Source: Eledone cirrhosa
Lineage: Eukaryota
Direction of reading: 5' to 3'
DNA length: 64,000 nt
Assembly (NCBI GenBank): GCA_964016885.1
Contig: OZ024742.1
Location: 54,188,001-54,252,000, forward strand
The position numbers and the translations under genes are program-made. Under the pieces are notes generated by a model. That model worked only from the letters and a program-made list of their open reading frames with translations, was not told the DNA's origin and did no database searches. This document shows positions 1 to 14,077 of this stretch, piece after piece (the stretch's first letter is position 1; each line of letters begins with the position of its first letter).

Positions 1-3000
1 TCTATCTCCAGGTCCTTATACTTGCTCAATTTTTCAAATGTTTTTATAGATATATTCTTGTCTATTGGAACAGACATATCAATTAGCAGGCATACCTTCT
101 TTTTAAAGTCCTTCAATATTATATCAGGTTTATTTGCATCTATTTTTCGGTCTGTTTGGATGCTAAAGTTCCACAAGATTGAGATGTGATCTTTTTCAAG
201 TATGGGAGGTGGTTGATGCTACCACCAATTCTTTTCGTGGGGCAGGTCAAAATGCTTACACATTATCCAATGTATGTATTGTGCAGCTCTGTCATGCCTG
301 TTTAGGTATTCGGTTGGAGCTATAGGACTGCACATTGAAATTATATGGTCAATGGTCTCTGGTTGTTTTTTGCACACACGGCATAATGGGCTGCATCCAT
401 TTTTTATTATGTTGGCTTGGTAATTTTTTGTTGGCAGACACTGATCTTGTGCTGATATAATCAGTCCTTCAGTCTCCGATTTCAGTCCAGAGGATGCCAA
501 CCACTGATGGGTTAAAGTTTTGTCAACATCAGGATTGTTAGCTCGTTCTGGGTATTTTCCATACAGAGGCTTTTCTTGCCATTTCTTAGCCAGTTTCTGT
601 AGCAGTTCTTTCTTTGCAGTTACTTTTACCTGCTTTGCTTTTTCTATGTTTTCCATTTCAGCAGTAAATGGGACATCTGAAATTTGTAGTCCATTACTGT
701 ATCTTTGTGTATCTTTTGTAATGGAATATGATCTTTTGATGCTTTCGTGTTTCAAAACGAGTTTGATCATCCAATCATGTGATTCCTTTAGATATGTAGA
801 TAATCCAATTGTTGCAGTTTTCAACGCAATGTATAACTGGACTAACCCACGTCCTCCTTCTTTCCTAGGGAGATATATTCTATCTATATCTGCCTTAGGG
901 TGATGCATTCTGTGCATGGTTAAGAATTTTCCAATTTTTGTATCGAGCCTACGGATCTCTGTGCTTCACCAGTTGATGACATTGTAACTGTAGGTTACTA
1001 CTAGTATGGCAAGCGTGTTTATGGCATCGATCCTATTCCTTGCATTCAATTCCGTTCTTAAGATTGCTCTTACTCTGCGGTAACATTCCTTCCTTATCCT
1101 TTCCCTCATTGTCGAGTGCTTGATTCCGTCTCCTTCACAAACACCTAGATATTTGTAAGTTTTTTCTTGATCAAGTTCTCTTATCACGTCCCCCCGATCA
1201 AGATTAATGTCTGAACTCTTCAGCAGCTTTCCTCTGGTGAACGTTGCTTTGGCGCATTTATCTAGTCCAAACTCCATTTTAATGTCATCACTGAACTGCT
1301 CCACAGTGGATAATAGCCCTTGCAATTGTTCATCATTTTTTGCAAATAGTTTCAGGTCATCCATGTAGAACAAGTGATTAATGGTTTTGTCATAGACTCT
1401 ATATCCATGTTTTGTTTCATTGAGCATTTTACTTAATGGTATAAGTGTGATGCAGAATAAAAGCGGTGATAAAGAGTCACCCTGAAAAATTCCACAATTA
1501 ATATTAACTTCTCCAGCTTCCAGTGATTTTGTTTCACTATTCAAATGGAGTGTCGTTTTCCATGTCTTCATACATAATGACAAAAACCTCCTGACAACGG
1601 GGGATATTTTGAAAATCTCTAAACATTTTTCAATCCAACTGTGTGGTAAACTATCGAATGCTTTTTTATAATGTATCCAAGCAATCGATAGATTGTTGTG
1701 TCTATTATGACAATCTTCCAGTATCATTTTGTTAACCAAAAGCTGATCCTTACAGCCATATGAGCCTCGTTTAAACCCTTTCTGCTCAATGGAAAATAGG
1801 TCATTTGTTATCAGGTGGTCATATGTGTATTCAGTTAGGACTGATGTTAACATTTTATACATTGTGGTCAAGTAAGTTATCGGTCTGTAATTTTTGGGAG
1901 TGTTTGTCTCATCATTCTTCGGAAGCAGGAATGTAATGCGGTTAACTAGCCATGATGGTATCTTTTCTGGCTCCTTAACTATTTCATTGTAAAGTTGGGG
2001 ATTTCCATTTGCTGGTTTTTCTTAGAGCCAAGCGCAACTGTTCAACTGTTATATTTTGCCATATTTGTTCCTCAAGGCGAGCTGTATCTTTCATTTGTCT
2101 GTCTATCCATGGGTCATGTATGTTATGAACTTTTTCTTCGGCCCAGATCTTTTCCCAGAATTCTTGCACTTCCTCCTTGGATGGTATTGATTTAGCAGTT
2201 ATTGTTGACTTACCAATTTTTCTGTAGAAGTTTCTTTGGTTGTTTTGGAACATATTATTGTCCTTATAGAATCTAGATCGTTTTTCAAAGCGCCTTATAC
2301 GAGCAGCTTTGGCCGACACTTTTTGCTTGATTATTTCTATCAGCATGTCTATGTCACTTGTTGATTTTATACTATACTTTCTTTTCAATTTTCTAAGTTT
2401 AGTTTGTTTAACATGTTCACCTACTTTATAGTTTGTTAAAATTTCTATGTCAGATCGGAGAAGGTTTATTTGGCGATTGACGTTCTCTTGCCAAGTAGAT
2501 TTCTTGTGGGAATTCCTTTGTTTTTTCATCTTCACTCCACATAAGTGAGTGGTGACTTTAGCCGATGCATAATAGAGATGATTTAAATCAGTAATGTTTA
2601 GTTTTTTTGTGATGATAATGTTTTTGAGAATTATGTTAGTCTTGTGTATTATTTTTTGGTTCTGTTTGGAGTTCTGGATCTTAGGGAGGGTGTCTCGTTG
2701 CCCCATGTCAGATTCTTTCATTTTCATCCATTCGATCATAATTTCATCCTTCAAGTTGGCAAGTTCATTCTCATTCATTTCTTTATCATTTACGATCTCA
2801 TTATTTTCATTTGGAGTTTCATCTTGAGCATGCACTCCCTCCACTTTTTCGATCCTTTCTTTAATTTGTTCTGTTGCCAGTGATTCCGCCCCAACCCTGG
2901 GATTCGAAGTGTTACAATTTACCTCGTTTTCACTGACACATGTTTCATTTTCCCTTCGCTCACTTTGTGCTAATAGCTTGATCTGATCAATTTCTATATC

Positions 3001-3401
3001 AGTTAGTAACTTTTTTTTTACAATATTTCTTCGTATATTGGCTAGTTTGTTACTGTCAATATAGCCTCTGTTTTCGCGATGTTTCTTTTTCCAGTTGATA
3101 TATGTCTGTTCTGTATTCGATGTATTTGATGGGTAGTACATGGCAGTGTAGAAAGCCTCAAGGACTTCTTTATTATCTTCCCTTGACCATTTTTCTCTCT
3201 TTTTCTTTGGATTTCTTGGTGGTGAGCATGGAGGGCCAACAGTAGGAGTATTCCAGTTATGGGAGACTCCAGCTGCGAAGTGATGGGAAGGTTTGAACCA
3301 TTAGCTGATTTTACGACCCCAGTCTGGTTCCTCTCTGAGGGACGCGGCCCTTGTTTACCCGGGTGACGGCCGATCCGGTATGAGATTTTATCATTAGACA
3401 T
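1..3401 (-). pseudogene. Disrupted RT + CCHC + restriction-like endonuclease ORF of the Dong/R4-like element
   Basis: ORF-track pieces 3042-3401, 1984-3141, 966-1871 and 219-917 are collinear segments of one protein. Confidence 0.88.
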
Positions 3402-3590
3402 TTACTTTATTTTGTCGCGTTTTATCCTTATCCGCCAAGGGGTAATCATTTCGTGTTACCACTTCTAGAACGAGTGTCAACCAAGACTAGAGGGGTCGTT
3501 CTCCCCTAGAGACACGGCTATTCCCCGCCGGCCGCCATCCCGGTATTTCTTGGTCACGGGGTTTTCTTTTTTGTTGTTTTTTTAAAATTG
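1..3590 (-). mobile_element. R4/Dong-like non-LTR retrotransposon (RLE type); 3' end lies outside the window
   Basis: One long ORF from ATG 3401, broken by frameshifts: RT motifs (YRPIT, GIFQGDSLSPLLF, FYMDDLK, YKYLG), GGRGL, CCHC finger CRVCKKQPETIDHIISMC, RHD, and RLE KPDIILKD..IDMSVP at ~70-130. Confidence 0.88.
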
Positions 3591-3599
3591 TTATTATCA

Positions 3600-3830
3600 T
3601 GAGTGGTTCCTTAATGTGTGCATTGCGTGGCTTAAGAATGAAATTTTAATAATGATAATTGTCTCCTCTCCAGACACAAGGCCAGCAATCACCCAGTGCA
3701 TTACAATAATATAATATACTTTTTGCTGAAGTTGCCTGTTATTGTTGTTGGCTATGTCGGTGGTGGTGCTGGGGCTTTTTATATTGTTGGTGAGGAAGGG
3801 GGGAGCCAGCAGTGCCATAGTTGTTGACGT
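3600..3830 (-). pseudogene. Possible decayed ORF1 fragment related to the neighbouring Tx1-like LINEs
   Basis: WVIAGLVSGEETIIIIKI resembles WLIDAVVAGIEANTKIIEV of ORF1; preceded by an Asn/Thr-rich tract. Confidence 0.3.
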
Positions 3831-4036
3831 TTGGGCGGTGGCCAGGTCACTAAGTCAATCTATTTATATCTTTTGCTAGCCTCTCCCTTGTCTAGTGATA
3901 CCGACACCATCCCCTTTCTTAAGTTAACAGGGGAATAGTGGTGGTAGCAATGAAGGAGTGGTGGCGGCGGTGATGGGGTAGTGGTAGTATATAGGAAGTT
4001 CCAATTAGTACTATCTTTTGTATTTCTCCTATACGC

Positions 4037-4037
<1 letters not shown>

Positions 4038-4073
<36 letters not shown>
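4038..4073. repeat. (ATT)n microsatellite, 5' flank of the LINE array; recurs at 9931-9963, 14079-14129, 19899-19916 and ~20107-20132
   Basis: Seen directly at every element boundary. Confidence 0.98.
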
Positions 4074-4287
4074 GAATGCCATGGTTGACGGAGGCTCGGC
4101 TCTGTAAGGTATTGTAAATTTTAACCGCTATAACAATTGTAAATTGTTTAAAACTTTAACCAAATTGTAGACAAAAACACCCTTGTCCTCGTGATCGGGG
4201 TCTTTCTGCCCGTTATTTGGTCCTTCGGGGTTAAATAACCGCTTATTGGGGTTTTGTGCCCAATATTTATTTTAAACAAAAAAAAAC

Positions 4288-6408
4288 ATGGCTACGAAAA
4301 AGAATTTTCACGAGTCACTCCCACTCATTCCATCTTCTTCTTCCTCAATCGTCACTACAGCAGAGAGAAGATTGTCTCTCTTCCTTCCTTCTCTAAATGT
4401 GTCTCTCTCCCTCCCTTCTCTTTCGCAAGCGACGCTAGTAAAGAAAAATCCCGTGCAAAGCATGAAATATTTCTCCGCGACGACGACAATGACGAAAAAG
4501 TTGTGCGGTAAATACGAAAACCCATTTCATTCGTCTGACGTCATGAAGAATAGCAGTAGCAGCCGTAATAACAGCAGCAGCAGCAACAGTGACAAGGAAA
4601 ACAACAGTAGCAGCCGCAACAGCATCAGCAGCAGCATAAACAACAACAGCATTAGCAGCAACAGCAACAACAACAGCAGCAGCAGCAGCAACAACAACAA
4701 CAACCACAGCAACAGCGGCGGCGGCAGTAGTCGTAGTACCTGCAGTAACAACAAAAGTAACAGCAGCTCTGACGACAACAACAACAACAGCAGCAAAGAA
4801 AAACCAATCTCGTTTGCAGGTATCACAAAGAACCTGGAAACCATCCTCATAACAAATGAGGAATTACAGAAAGCGAAGAAGATGGTGACGAAAACCAGAG
4901 ACCGAGCAATCTGCAAGGCAGCCGAAAAGTTTTTCGAAACCCAACAGCACTGTACGGTCACGTACCGTACAGTAAGCACAAAATCCCGCAGGGTTGAAAG
5001 AGCCACAGAGGCTCAAATACAAAAACCTTAGGGTCTGTGTGGCAGCGTAAAACGCATATCACCCGAGGCAAGAAATATGCCACCGTAGACGTGCTTTTTG
5101 CCACACCCAGGAGGCAAAGGCTCAATCCTTAGTGACCCTAAGGAGCGAGGAAATGGTCTTGGTGCCCTCCTACTGCGGGCAAAAATTGTGAGGGTCAAAC
5201 TGACCCACGTACCCCCCGGGATGGCCCCTTCTTGGCTGGCCGCGTCTGTGCTCGTCGGAATCGAGGACAAAACAACTGTACTACAAGTACAGAAAATAGT
5301 AAGAGAAGATTGGGTCGCCACCTCCATTGAGATGTTAATCCAAACCAACCAGGAGTGCATCGAAGCTATCCCGGATGTGATAGACTTCGATAACGGCACT
5401 CAACTGTCCATAAGTGTTGAGGGCAAACGCCCGAAATGCTTTCGCTGTGGATCGAAGACTCACCTCAGGGCCTTCTGCAACGAGAAGACCCTGAGAAAGG
5501 AGAAAACCCCCCTCCTTCCGAAACCGGCTCCACTGCTACCAGCAACAGGACAAGCGGCAACCAGGAACGATAGGCCCGTGGCAGCCATACTCACGCCACG
5601 GAAATCAAGAACAGCAGCAGCAGTGGAAGTATTAACAACAACAACAGTAATACCAACTGCAGCTCCAACAGAGACTCCACTGCAAACATCACCAACAACA
5701 ACAAGTGAAAGAGTGGAGCTGGTACCCCTCCCCGACCTCACAGAATCAGACATGGAGTGTGAGGTGGGAGAGGGATAGCAAAAGGTCGCAAGAAGGCACA
5801 AACGCAGAAGCAGCGCATCGTCGCCTTCGAAAAGGGAGGAAAGAAATGAAAAAAGGGTAAAGGGTACTGCAAAGAGACTCACAGCAGCAACACCACCAAC
5901 ACCATCACCACCCACACTAACACCACCATCACCACCGGCGACAACCCCACCACCAACAACAACACCACCACCACAAGCACCAACATCGCAAACACAACAA
6001 CAAAACACACACACCCAGCAACAACGACAAGAAAATAGCAGAACCACACCCCACCCCCAGAAAAACAAATGCACGGCAATAAATACACACAAGAAACTAA
6101 TGACTTACATAATTGAACACACAGACATTTCACAGCACGACTACATAATACCAGCACCAATCAAAACACCAACGAACATAAGACTGGTAAAAATAGCACA
6201 GAAACAATACACAAACATTAAAACGAAATTCCCCAACGCAGTTGGTGATTTCAGAGACCTAGGAGGGTCTCTCAACCGTAGAGTATATTCGGATATACTC
6301 ATAGAAGAGCCGATGACCAGCCGAAGGGACGAATTAACGGTCCCTTCACCAGACGATCAAGTGAAAAGGGATGGAGAAACCATCCTTCCTCTACGAAAAG
6401 TAGGGTAA
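4288..6408 (+). pseudogene. ORF1 (gag-like, CCHC knuckle CFRCGSKTHLRAFC), interrupted by stops/frameshift
   Basis: ORF pieces 4288-5031, 5098-5778, 6100-6408; N/S-rich and P/T-rich tracts. Confidence 0.85.
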
Positions 6409-6442
6409 GTGGTCTTTCCCATCTTTTCCACTCCATTTCAAC

Positions 6443-9400
6443 ATGACATCTCTCAGAATAGGCAGCTTAAATGCGCGTGGCTTGGGGTCCTCATGGAAGC
6501 AGGGCCACCTGCTCAACGACCTCAGGTCACTAAACATAGATGTAGTGGCCATCAGCGAGACTAGAATCTCCGAAGCACGGGCCTTCGCACCGATCTTCGG
6601 CGGCTACGATGTGTACGCATCTCCCAGCCGTCCTGGATCGGGGGGGAGGGGAGTTGCTGTGCTTTTTCGGAGAGGTTTGGATCTCGCCATACGGACCATC
6701 TTCCTGGACCCAGAGGGTAAGTTGGTGGTGCTGGACGTGACCAGCGGAGACGGGAAAGCTTTCAGGCTAGTGGCCGTCTATGCCCCGACAGGAGCAGGGC
6801 GGCCTGATTTCTTCCGGCGTCTGGAAACTTTTCTTGGAACGTGCCGCTCTTTAGTGTTAGTGGGCGACTGGAACGGGATCTTAGATGCACGCTGGGACTG
6901 TGTGGGATTAGCGGATAGGGGAGGAGGGTGCAAGAGCCTCACCAACCTGCTCAGGCGTTTTGAACTGTCTGACAGGTACCGATTGGATTTCCCGAATATG
7001 CCAATGTGGACTTGGACAAATCGCATAGGGTCATCCAGATCATATCTAGATAGAGTATTTTGTAGGGAAATAGATATGTCTAGCATAGGCTGTCCACAAT
7101 TCAAGATAGTCAGCTACACGTACCACAAATTCGTGATCTGTGTGCTTGACTTAGATAGGCTTCATTTACGAGGACCCGGCTACTGGAAGCTAAACGCGTC
7201 CTTACAGCGCGCAAGGCCTATAGAGACCGGATTAGCGAACTAGTTAAGCGGGCGTTGACGGGGTCATCGTCAACAACAAGTGGTGGTTTGCTCTGAAAAG
7301 AGCAATTAGAATAGAAACCATTAGGTTTAGTAAGGCTTTAGCAATAGAGAAAAATAGAGCAGAGGGAGAATTAGTTAGAAAATTAGACGAGGCGCTTAGC
7401 AAAGGCATCGCGACCGACGTGCTTGCGGCGAAATTGGCCCTTGACCATTTCTTCAATGTAAAGCACGAAGGCTGCGTTGTCAGAGTTAGGGTGCGTGCTC
7501 TTAGAGACGGAGGGACGAAAGCCGTTCAATGGGCCCGAGTGGCGGAGGCGCGTCGTGGTAACAAAGCCACGATCCGGTCTTTGGTGGACCACGACGGGCG
7601 CATGCTACTCGATCCCGGGCAAATGTGTGAAGCTTTTCAGCGATACTTCGCACAGCTGTTCGGGGGCAGCGGCGGGCCGGATCGAGAGATGGACTTTAGT
7701 GTATACCTCAACTGACTGCCGCGGCTCTCTGCCACTGAGGCGGAGTGTTGCGAAAAGCCTATAACAGCCGCTGAAGTACGGGAGGCAATGACTGGCTGCA
7801 CAAGGGGTAAATCGCCTGGTTTGGATGGTCTGCCCTATGAACTTTACGTACAGATGCCAGACTTGTTCGGAGGCCTCTTGGCGGACGTCTACTGCAACTG
7901 GCAACAGAACGGGAGAATTCCCAGCTCTGTGAGCCGAGGTGCTGTGGCGCTGCTGAGAAAGGATCCGAACAAGGGGGATAACATAGATAATTTCAGGCTC
8001 ATAACTCTGCTAAACACAGAGTTCAAGATTTTGGCCAAGGTGCTAGCAAAGAGTTTGGCGCTTGTCGTTGGTGGTCTGGTGGGAGAGGCGCAGACATGCA
8101 CTATTCCCGACAGATCCATCCACGACAACCTCCACCTCATGCGATACATCGTAGAGAGTGTAGCTTGGGAACCTGGCATGGGTGGGTCCTTGATCAATTT
8201 AGATTAGTCGAAAGCTTTCGATAGGGTCGACCATCGTTACCTAGCGGCAGTCCTGAGGGCGGCTGGCTTTTGACCCGTCTTTAGAGGCTGGATCGCTGCC
8301 ATGCACAGCGACATCTGCTCTGTGGTGAGAGTGAACGGTCACCTTTCGCAACCGTTCAACATCATGCGCTCGGTCCGTCAAGGATGTCCCCTCACGTCCC
8401 TATTGTACGTATTGACTCTCGAGCCATTACTGCACAGACTGGAGACGTTGAGGGGCGTGCCGCGCGAACTAGGATGCGGAAGATCCGTGTCAGCATATGC
8501 GGACGATGTCACCGTAGTGGAGTCGAACGCCAAACACATCGAGGCGTCGGCACTACACTACTGGAATACGAAGCGGTGACAGGAGCAATGATCAACCAGG
8601 AAAAGTCAGTGGGCCTGCAGCTCGGCACCTGGAGAAGCAGGTCCGTGCCGTCCAACAGCGTCGTCGGACGCTGGGGACGGACGGACCGGTTAAATTGCTA
8701 GGGGTCTGGTTCGGTCCGGACCTCCAGACGGACAAAAACTGGGACGAGGTGACGAGCAGGGTGGCTTCTCTCACCCAGAAATATGCGGAGAGGAAGCTAT
8801 CCCTGAAAGGCCAAGCGGAGGTGGCTAACGCGTAAATCGCGTCTGTTATCTGCTACCGCCTGACCGTCGTACTTCGTCTTAAGCCTCGCCTGTCTGCGCT
8901 GGACCGTTTGCTCTTTCGCTTTTTGTGGAACGGACGCGCTCCGATGGTCAGGCGGTCCATCTGTTGTCAACACCCGCTACGTGGAGGGCTGGGCATGCCG
9001 TGGCTGATGATGCGCAGGCACGCGCTCAGGCTAAGACATCTCCACCTCTTCCTCGACGGTGATCAGGTGTGGTCGCCGCTTACTAGACACGTATTTCCCC
9101 AGCTCGTTTCCTTGACGGAGCTGCAGTCCTGGGTCAAGCAAAGACCGAGAGGGAGCGCCTGGTGACTGGAATGTCTTCAGGCGCTCACAGCCCTCGACCA
9201 ATCGGGCAATGTGATCGGTCGAAACTCCACCTCGGCGTTCTATAGAGGATTAGTAGAGGGGAAGAGCGACGATGTACTTGGGGAAAATCTAGGCGTCGAC
9301 GAAAATCAACTAGCCAATCTCTTCGGAAGAACTTTCGGGCCGGGGCCTATGGACAACTTCCAGAAATCTCTGGCCTGGCATTGCTACCGAGGAGCCTTGC

Positions 9401-9864
9401 CAGTTCGGGATAAACTCTACAGGCATGGAGGTGCCGTCAACCGGGCATGTCCGAGATGCGCGCAGGGCGACGAAACCGTCCTACACGCACTCGTCCTGTG
9501 TCCGAGCATTGCTGACTTGTGGGTTTATGTCGAACACCTGCTGTCTCGTGTAGTATGGATCCGGCTATCAGCTGAGTCCCTCGTGAGGATTGCCTCGCCC
9601 TCTTCCTTTAGCCGGGAAGGGCAGGCAGTTTTTATCTGTCTGGTGGCCATGGCAAAAGAGATAGTATGGTGGACACGTTTGAAAGGACTGAAGACGAGCA
9701 CTTACCTCTTCGGTGATGCCCTGATTGACTTCTTCAAATTTCATTTGAAAAGGAAAATCAGAGTAGAGAGGGAAGTGCTCTCTTCCCAGCATTTTGTTGA
9801 AAGATGGGTGAGAGAAGCAAGAATGGCCCGAGTGAAAATATATACTCTGAGTATATATCTGTAA
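6443..9864 (+). pseudogene. ORF2: AP endonuclease + reverse transcriptase + C-terminal Cys finger, disrupted
   Basis: IGSLNARGL, AISET, VGDWN, SYLDR; KSPGLDG, VRQGCPL, AYADD; GGLGMP; CPRCAQGDETVLHALVLC. Confidence 0.95.
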
Positions 9865-9928
9865 ATTAAAGTTGGAAAACTGGGAGAGGGCACTTACTTT
9901 ATGTAAACCCTTGTGGTTAATAAAGAAA

Positions 9929-9963
<35 letters not shown>

Positions 9964-12900
9964 GGCGACCTTCGTAGGAAATCATATTATCGTGTGCTCC
10001 GCAAAGGTTTATTGTTTTCAGTTGGTTCAAATTGCCAGTTATGGAAAATGTTTGTTATTAAGTGTTTATAAGTTCACATATATTGCTTTTTGAAAAGGAC
10101 ACAAAAACATATTGGGGCCTTGAGCCCAAAACTTAAAATTTTTATTTATCAAACAAAATATTTCTTTGAAAAAAAACAACATAGACGACAAATTTACTGT
10201 TTTTAACATACCAACAGCACCACCAACACCATTGTAAGCCTTGCCACAGTTCCCAACACTGAAAATATAATTAATAGCAGTCCGAATTATTTAGAATTGC
10301 CGCTTAAAGACATGGATTTCCCGCCATTACCAAAAACTGCAGGCGTTAAAACCGCCACCCCCACCATCACAATGTCAAAAAGAACAGCGAACACTACTGA
10401 TACCACCATCATCACCACCACCACCACAGCGATAACAGAAACAAAAAAAAATTATTATCTCGTGATATCGAAATGGATTCACCCAGAATCGACTCTTCCA
10501 CGCCGAACACCACTGACACCACCTCCACCACAACTGAAACTAAAAATAACAATAACAACAACAGCAACAACAACAATGAGAATAACAACAACATAAATAC
10601 CACCGCAAAACAAAATGTGTCGTTTGCCAAAGCAGCCAAGAAAAGCGAAACAATCGAGGTAAGCCAGGATGAATTAAATGAAGCCAAGCGAATGGTAAAA
10701 AAAGATAGGTACAGGGTCAGCCTCACCAAAATAAAATGGAGCATCGTCGCCTATGCAAGGTGTCATATCGGACGATAAACAAAAAATCACGCCGAATGGA
10801 ACGGGCATCCGAGTCCCATATACAAAAAGCTTTGGGACATGTGTGGGCGAAAAAAACCCACATCAGACGTAGGCATAAGTATGGAACTGTGGACGTGTTC
10901 TTTGGAACACCACAGGAAGCCAGAGAGAACTCCATGGCCCCATTAAGAAGTGACAATTTCACAATTCGTCCAAAGCTATTGTGGTCATAGACTCGTGAAT
11001 ATCAGGGTGACCCACGTTCCACTGGACATCGAAATTCCCTGGCTAATAGATGCCGTCGTCGCCGGCATCGAGGCCAACACGAAAATAATCGAAGTAATAA
11101 AAGACAAGCAGGAGAACTGGTCTGGATCTGGGATGGAGCTCCTGATCCAAGCGGACCAACATTGAGGAAATTCCAGAGGTGATAGACCTCACTGACGGCA
11201 GCCACCTCACCGTAATCGTTGACTGTAGAAGGCTTAGGTGTGTCGTTTGTGGTGAAGGAACCCATCTAAAGGCTTTCTGCCCTCAGGCTAAAAGGTTGAG
11301 GCCACCTCACTTACCCACCCCAGTGACTCTACCATCAACACTACCAGCAGCAGAAATGGCAGCAACAACTGTACCAGCAACAACAGAAGCAACTGTAGCA
11401 GCAACAACCCCAGCAACAGTAGCAAAACCAACACCATCACCAACCATCGCGCCAGAATTAGCACCAGCGCCTCCACCATCCACGAAACCACAGCCCAAAC
11501 CAACGCCTGTGGAGGATTTTCCACTCCCCGACCTATAGCAACTGGAGACAGATTGTGACGACGAAGAGTGAGAAACTGTATCAGGAAAAAAGAAAGAAAA
11601 GAAAAAGAACCCAAAAAAGAAACAAATTCACTTCCTTCCCCCACCAAAAACAAAATACAGGGGGAAACAAATAAGCTAACAAACAAAAAGGTTAGCTATG
11701 CACCATCCCCACCAGCATCACCAACCCCATCACCACAAACACCAACACCATCACCATCATTAACCCCAACACCATCATCACCAACACCACAAAAGTCACC
11801 AAAAAGCGAAACAGAAACAAACCCACAACAAACGCAAAAACAGAACAACCAAAACGATACACACTACACCGCATTAAATTTGAACAACCAATTATTACAC
11901 TACATCCAACACAACAACATCATCACAGAAAAAGACTACACAACACCCCAAACATTCACACCCGCTCCACACATACAAATCACTTGCATCACACAGAAAA
12001 CGTCCACGACACTAAAACAAAAATTTCCCAAGGACATCGGAGACTTCCGACAAGCACTCTCCAGGAGGATTTATAAGGACATCTTTCCGGAGGAGGCCAG
12101 AAGCAGTGAAAAGGATGGAGAAACCATCCTTCCTCTACGAGAAGTAAGGTAAGTCGTCTTTCCCATCTTTTCCACTCCTTTTCAACATGACCTCACTCAA
12201 AATAGGCAGCATAAAGGCACGGGGCTTGGGGTCGTCATGGAAACAGGGCCACCTGCTCAACGACCTCAGGTCACTAAACATGCATGTGGTGGCCATCAGC
12301 GATACCAGAATCTCCTTCGCACCGATCTTCGGCGGCTACGGTGTGTAGGCATCTCCCAGCCGTCCTGGATCGGGGAGAGTTGCTGTGCTTTTTCGGAGAG
12401 GTTTGGATCTCGCCATACGGACCATCTTCCTGGACCCAGAGAGTAAGTTGGTGGTGCTGGACGTGACCAGCGGAGACGGGAAAGCTTTCAGGTTAGTGGC
12501 CGTCTTTGCCCCGACAAGAGCAGGGCGGCCTGATTTCTTCCGGCGTCTGGAGACCTTTCTTGGAATGTCCCGCTCTTAATGTTAGTGGGCGACTGGAACG
12601 GGATCTTAGATGCACGCTGGGAATGTGTGGAATTAGCGGATAGGGGAGGAGGGTGCAAGAGCCTCACCAACCTGCTCAGGCGTTTTGAAATGTCTGAAAG
12701 GTACCGATTGGATTTCCCGAATGTGCCAATGTGGACTTGGACAAATCGCATCGGGTCATCCAGATCATATCTAGATAGAGTATTTTGTAAGGAAATAGAT
12801 AGGTCTAGCATAGGCTGTCAACAATTCTAGACAGTCAGCTACACGGACAACAAGCCTCGCCTGACTGCGCTGGAGCATTTTCTCTTCCGCTTTTTGAGGA

Positions 12901-14077
12901 TGGGACGTGCTCCGATGGTCAGGCGGTCCATCTGCTGTCTACACCCGCTATGTGGGGGGCTGGGCATGCCGTGGCTGATGATGCGCAGACACGTGCTCAG
13001 GCTAAGACATCTCCACCTCTTCCTCGTTGGTGATCAGGTGTGGTCACCGTTTGCTAGACACGTCTTTCCCCAGCTTGTCTCCATTACGGAGCTGCAGTCC
13101 TGGGTCAAGCGAAGACCGAGAGGGACCGCTTGCAGACTGGAATGTCTTCAGGCGCTCACAGCCCTCGATCAATCGGGCAATGTGATCGGTGGAAACTCTA
13201 CCTTGGCGTTCTATAGAGGATTAGTGGAGGGGAAGAGCGACGACGTACTTGGAGAAACTCTAGGCGTCGACGAAAATCAACTAGCCAATATTTTCGGAAG
13301 TAATTTCGGGCCGGGGCCTATGGACAACTTCCAGAAATCCTTGGCCTGGCATTGCTACCGAGGAGCCTTGCCAGTTCGGGATAAACTCTACAGGCATGGA
13401 GGTGCCGTCAGCCGGGCATGTCCGAGATGCGCGCAGGGCGACGAAACCGTCCTGCACGCACTCGTCCAGTGTCCGAGCATTGCTGACTTGTGGGTTTATG
13501 TCGAACACCTGCTGTCGCGTGTAGGACGAATCCAGCTATCAGCTGACTCCATCGTGAGGATTGCCCCGCCCTCTTCCTTTAGCCGGGAAGGGCAGGCAAT
13601 TTTTCTCTGTCTGGTGGCCATGGCGAAAGAGATAGTATGCTGGACACGTTTGAAAGGCCTGAAGACGAGTACTTACCTCTTCGGTGATTTCTGATTAACT
13701 TTTTCAAATTTCATTTGAAAAGGAAAATCAGGGTAGAGAGGGAAGTGCTCTCTTCCCAGCATTTTGTTGAAAGATGGGTGAGAGAAGCAAGTATGGCCCT
13801 AGTGAATGGGCCTACTCTGAGTATATGTCTGTAAATTAAAGGTTGAAAAGTGGGAGAGGGCACTTGCCCTGGTGGTCAGGGTCACTGTGTCTTTTTATGG
13901 GCTTTCTCCACAAATATCCCTCGGAAGTCTCCCCACATTGGGGAATTTTTCATTGTTATTTTTTAATACATCCTTTGTTGTTTTTACACGCAGAAATGCC
14001 CATTTGTACCGTACTGTATTGTCCTGTACTGTCCTTAATGTCTACTTTATGTAAACCCTTGTGGCTAATAAAGAAAG

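Larger units (their letters stand above)
4074..9930 (+). mobile_element. Tx1/L1-clade LINE copy A (near full length, ORF1 type A, shortened 3' UTR)
   Basis: ORF1 with zinc knuckle, ORF2 APE-RT-zinc finger, AATAAA followed by (ATT)n. Confidence 0.92.
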
